Below, in pieces: positions 62,748-64,000 of a DNA stretch of 64,000 nucleotides (position 1 is the stretch's first letter; each line of letters opens with the position of its first letter). A program made the translations under genes and the position numbers. The notes below the pieces were generated by a model. That model searched no databases. It was given only the letters and a program-made list of their open reading frames with translations, and was not told the DNA's origin. Origin of the DNA: Fimicolochytrium jonesii (Eukaryota); NCBI RefSeq assembly GCF_025526975.1, contig NW_026515668.1, forward strand, positions 496,001 to 560,000. The letters run 5' to 3'.

Positions 62748-64000
62748 CTATTCATCATGAACGTATCCTTCCAAAACCCCTTTTACCACACGGTCAAGAA
62801 TCTCGCATACAAGGTGCTGGTTGAGTTCCCGATGTTGCAGCATATTGAACAAGCGTGTCATCCCGGTGACAGCATTGTACTTGCCGACAACCCGGGACAC
62901 ATTATCCAGACCCACCGTCGAGTGTATGAATAGATTCTTCGCCTCCCTTTTGATGTCTGCAGCGGTGGGTACTGGGGTATGCGCGGTAGTTGAAGTAGCG
63001 GACGATGTCGCACTCGTGGCAACCTTGTTCGCCTCTCCCGCCGTGGGTGAGCTCGTAGTTGCCTTGCTCGCCGGAGTTGCCGAGTCCGCTTTGTCGGCAT
63101 CTACGCCGTTCGGCCGAGGTGAGGAATACCAGATCCCTTCGGGCCAGAACATGGTGTCCACCTGCGTGATGTACGCCGCAATGGTTTCCTCAGAGGTTGC
63201 AGCTGCAAGTTTCTGCTGCAAGGCAGCGGAAATGGTTGCCCCATATGTTCGTCGCAGGATCGTTTTGGCGAGATGCAAGCCCTTCTGCCGCATCCACTGC
63301 GCCGGGTCCGACAGTGCAAATACTTCTTCGACTGTTCCGAAGATGCATTCCAGTATGGTCTCAACCTCTCCCGGGGTCAGGATGGGTTTCGCCGCGGTAT
63401 TAGACGCTTTAGGGTTCAGCGGCCGGCCAGGACTAATATTGGGCGTGCCTGAGTTGGTGGGCGGTCGAACAGGCGAAGAGGATCTGTTTGTCGGCATGGA
63501 CAAGACGGTAGAGGTGGCCGTTGTCTCCGAGTACTGGGTCGCTGTGCCATCGAGCGACGTGCGACCTTCTTCTCGCGATGGTCCTAGCTTTTCTTGCGTT
63601 TCGCCCACTATCTCCGAGAGAGGAGCTAAAGTCGCCAAATCTTTGAGGGACGAAGCCCGCTCCGGGATGCGTGCATGTTTGTCTTGAGGAGTCGCCAGCT
63701 GGTCGAGGGATGTAATGGAATTCCGTGCTCTAGGTAAAGTGCTGACAGCGCTATCAGCGGCCTTCATGACCCCTTGTGCGACACCAGTAACCGCGGCGTT
63801 AACCTCGCCGGCCACAAATGTCGCCGCACGCAAGGGGGTAGCCACCGCCACCTTTCGTAAAAGACTGCCAGCTGACTTGAAAGTCCCGAATACTTTCGAT
63901 GCCGCCTGCGCCCTGGCGGTGCTTTCCTCTCGCTGCACATTCTCAGGCTTCAGGAATTCTTGCAGCGTCCCCGACTCGCAGATAGCAGCGTCCGGAATCA
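62748..64000 (-). CDS. 3' part of an SNX13/14/19/25 (Mdm1)-family sorting nexin (Nexin_C domain); 5' end outside the window
   Basis: EEVFAL..WMRQK, YITQVDTMFWPEG, VVGKYNAVTGMTRLFNMLQHRELNQHLVCEILD. Confidence 0.8.
   Translation of the reverse strand, partial: IPDAAICESGTLQEFLKPENVQREESTARAQAASKVFGTFKSAGSLLRKVAVATPLRAATFVAGEVNAAVTGVAQGVMKAADSAVSTLPRARNSITSLDQLATPQDKHARIPERASSLKDLATLAPLSEIVGETQEKLGPSREEGRTSLDGTATQYSETTATSTVLSMPTNRSSSPVRPPTNSGTPNISPGRPLNPKASNTAAKPILTPGEVETILECIFGTVEEVFALSDPAQWMRQKGLHLAKTILRRTYGATISAALQQKLAAATSEETIAAYITQVDTMFWPEGIWYSSPRPNGVDADKADSATPASKATTSSPTAGEANKVATSATSSATSTTAHTPVPTAADIKREAKNLFIHSTVGLDNVSRVVGKYNAVTGMTRLFNMLQHRELNQHLVCEILDRVVKGVLEGYVHDE

Overview
Intron-rich eukaryotic DNA (typical introns ~60-80 nt, GT..AG). 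The housekeeping genes are fungal, and two flagellar genes (CEP131, RSPH9) point to a zoosporic fungus (chytrid; inference). Host genes: LCL2-like, a GNAT, COA1, RBM33-like, LST8, KRR1, a septin, an M16 peptidase, TUG/UBX4-like, ERO1, a Cys/Met PLP enzyme, an amino-acid transporter, VPS11, CEP131, RSPH9 and a partial Nexin_C sorting nexin. Two accessory blocks interrupt them. (1) 20054-33786 is a complete but decayed CACTA/EnSpm transposon (TA TSD). Its transposase is split by a Ty1/copia element (235-bp LTRs, CTCTC TSD) that carries a chromodomain and an antisense ORF. (2) ~47900-60500 is an island between CEP131 and RSPH9. Its centrepiece is a minus-strand gene that, after removal of three phase-0 introns, encodes a ~2,194-aa protein: an N-terminal OTU deubiquitinase fused to a C-terminal Fanzor2/TnpB-type RuvC nuclease with all catalytic residues present. 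That gene lies just inside a CACTA-type terminus, next to a tRNA-like Pol III promoter with downstream hairpins (candidate omegaRNA). Divergent from it is a spliced SprT-like (catalytic Glu lost)-Josephin deubiquitinase fusion gene, followed by a TIR element and interstitial telomeric repeats. All family assignments are by motif recognition by eye; no database searches were run.
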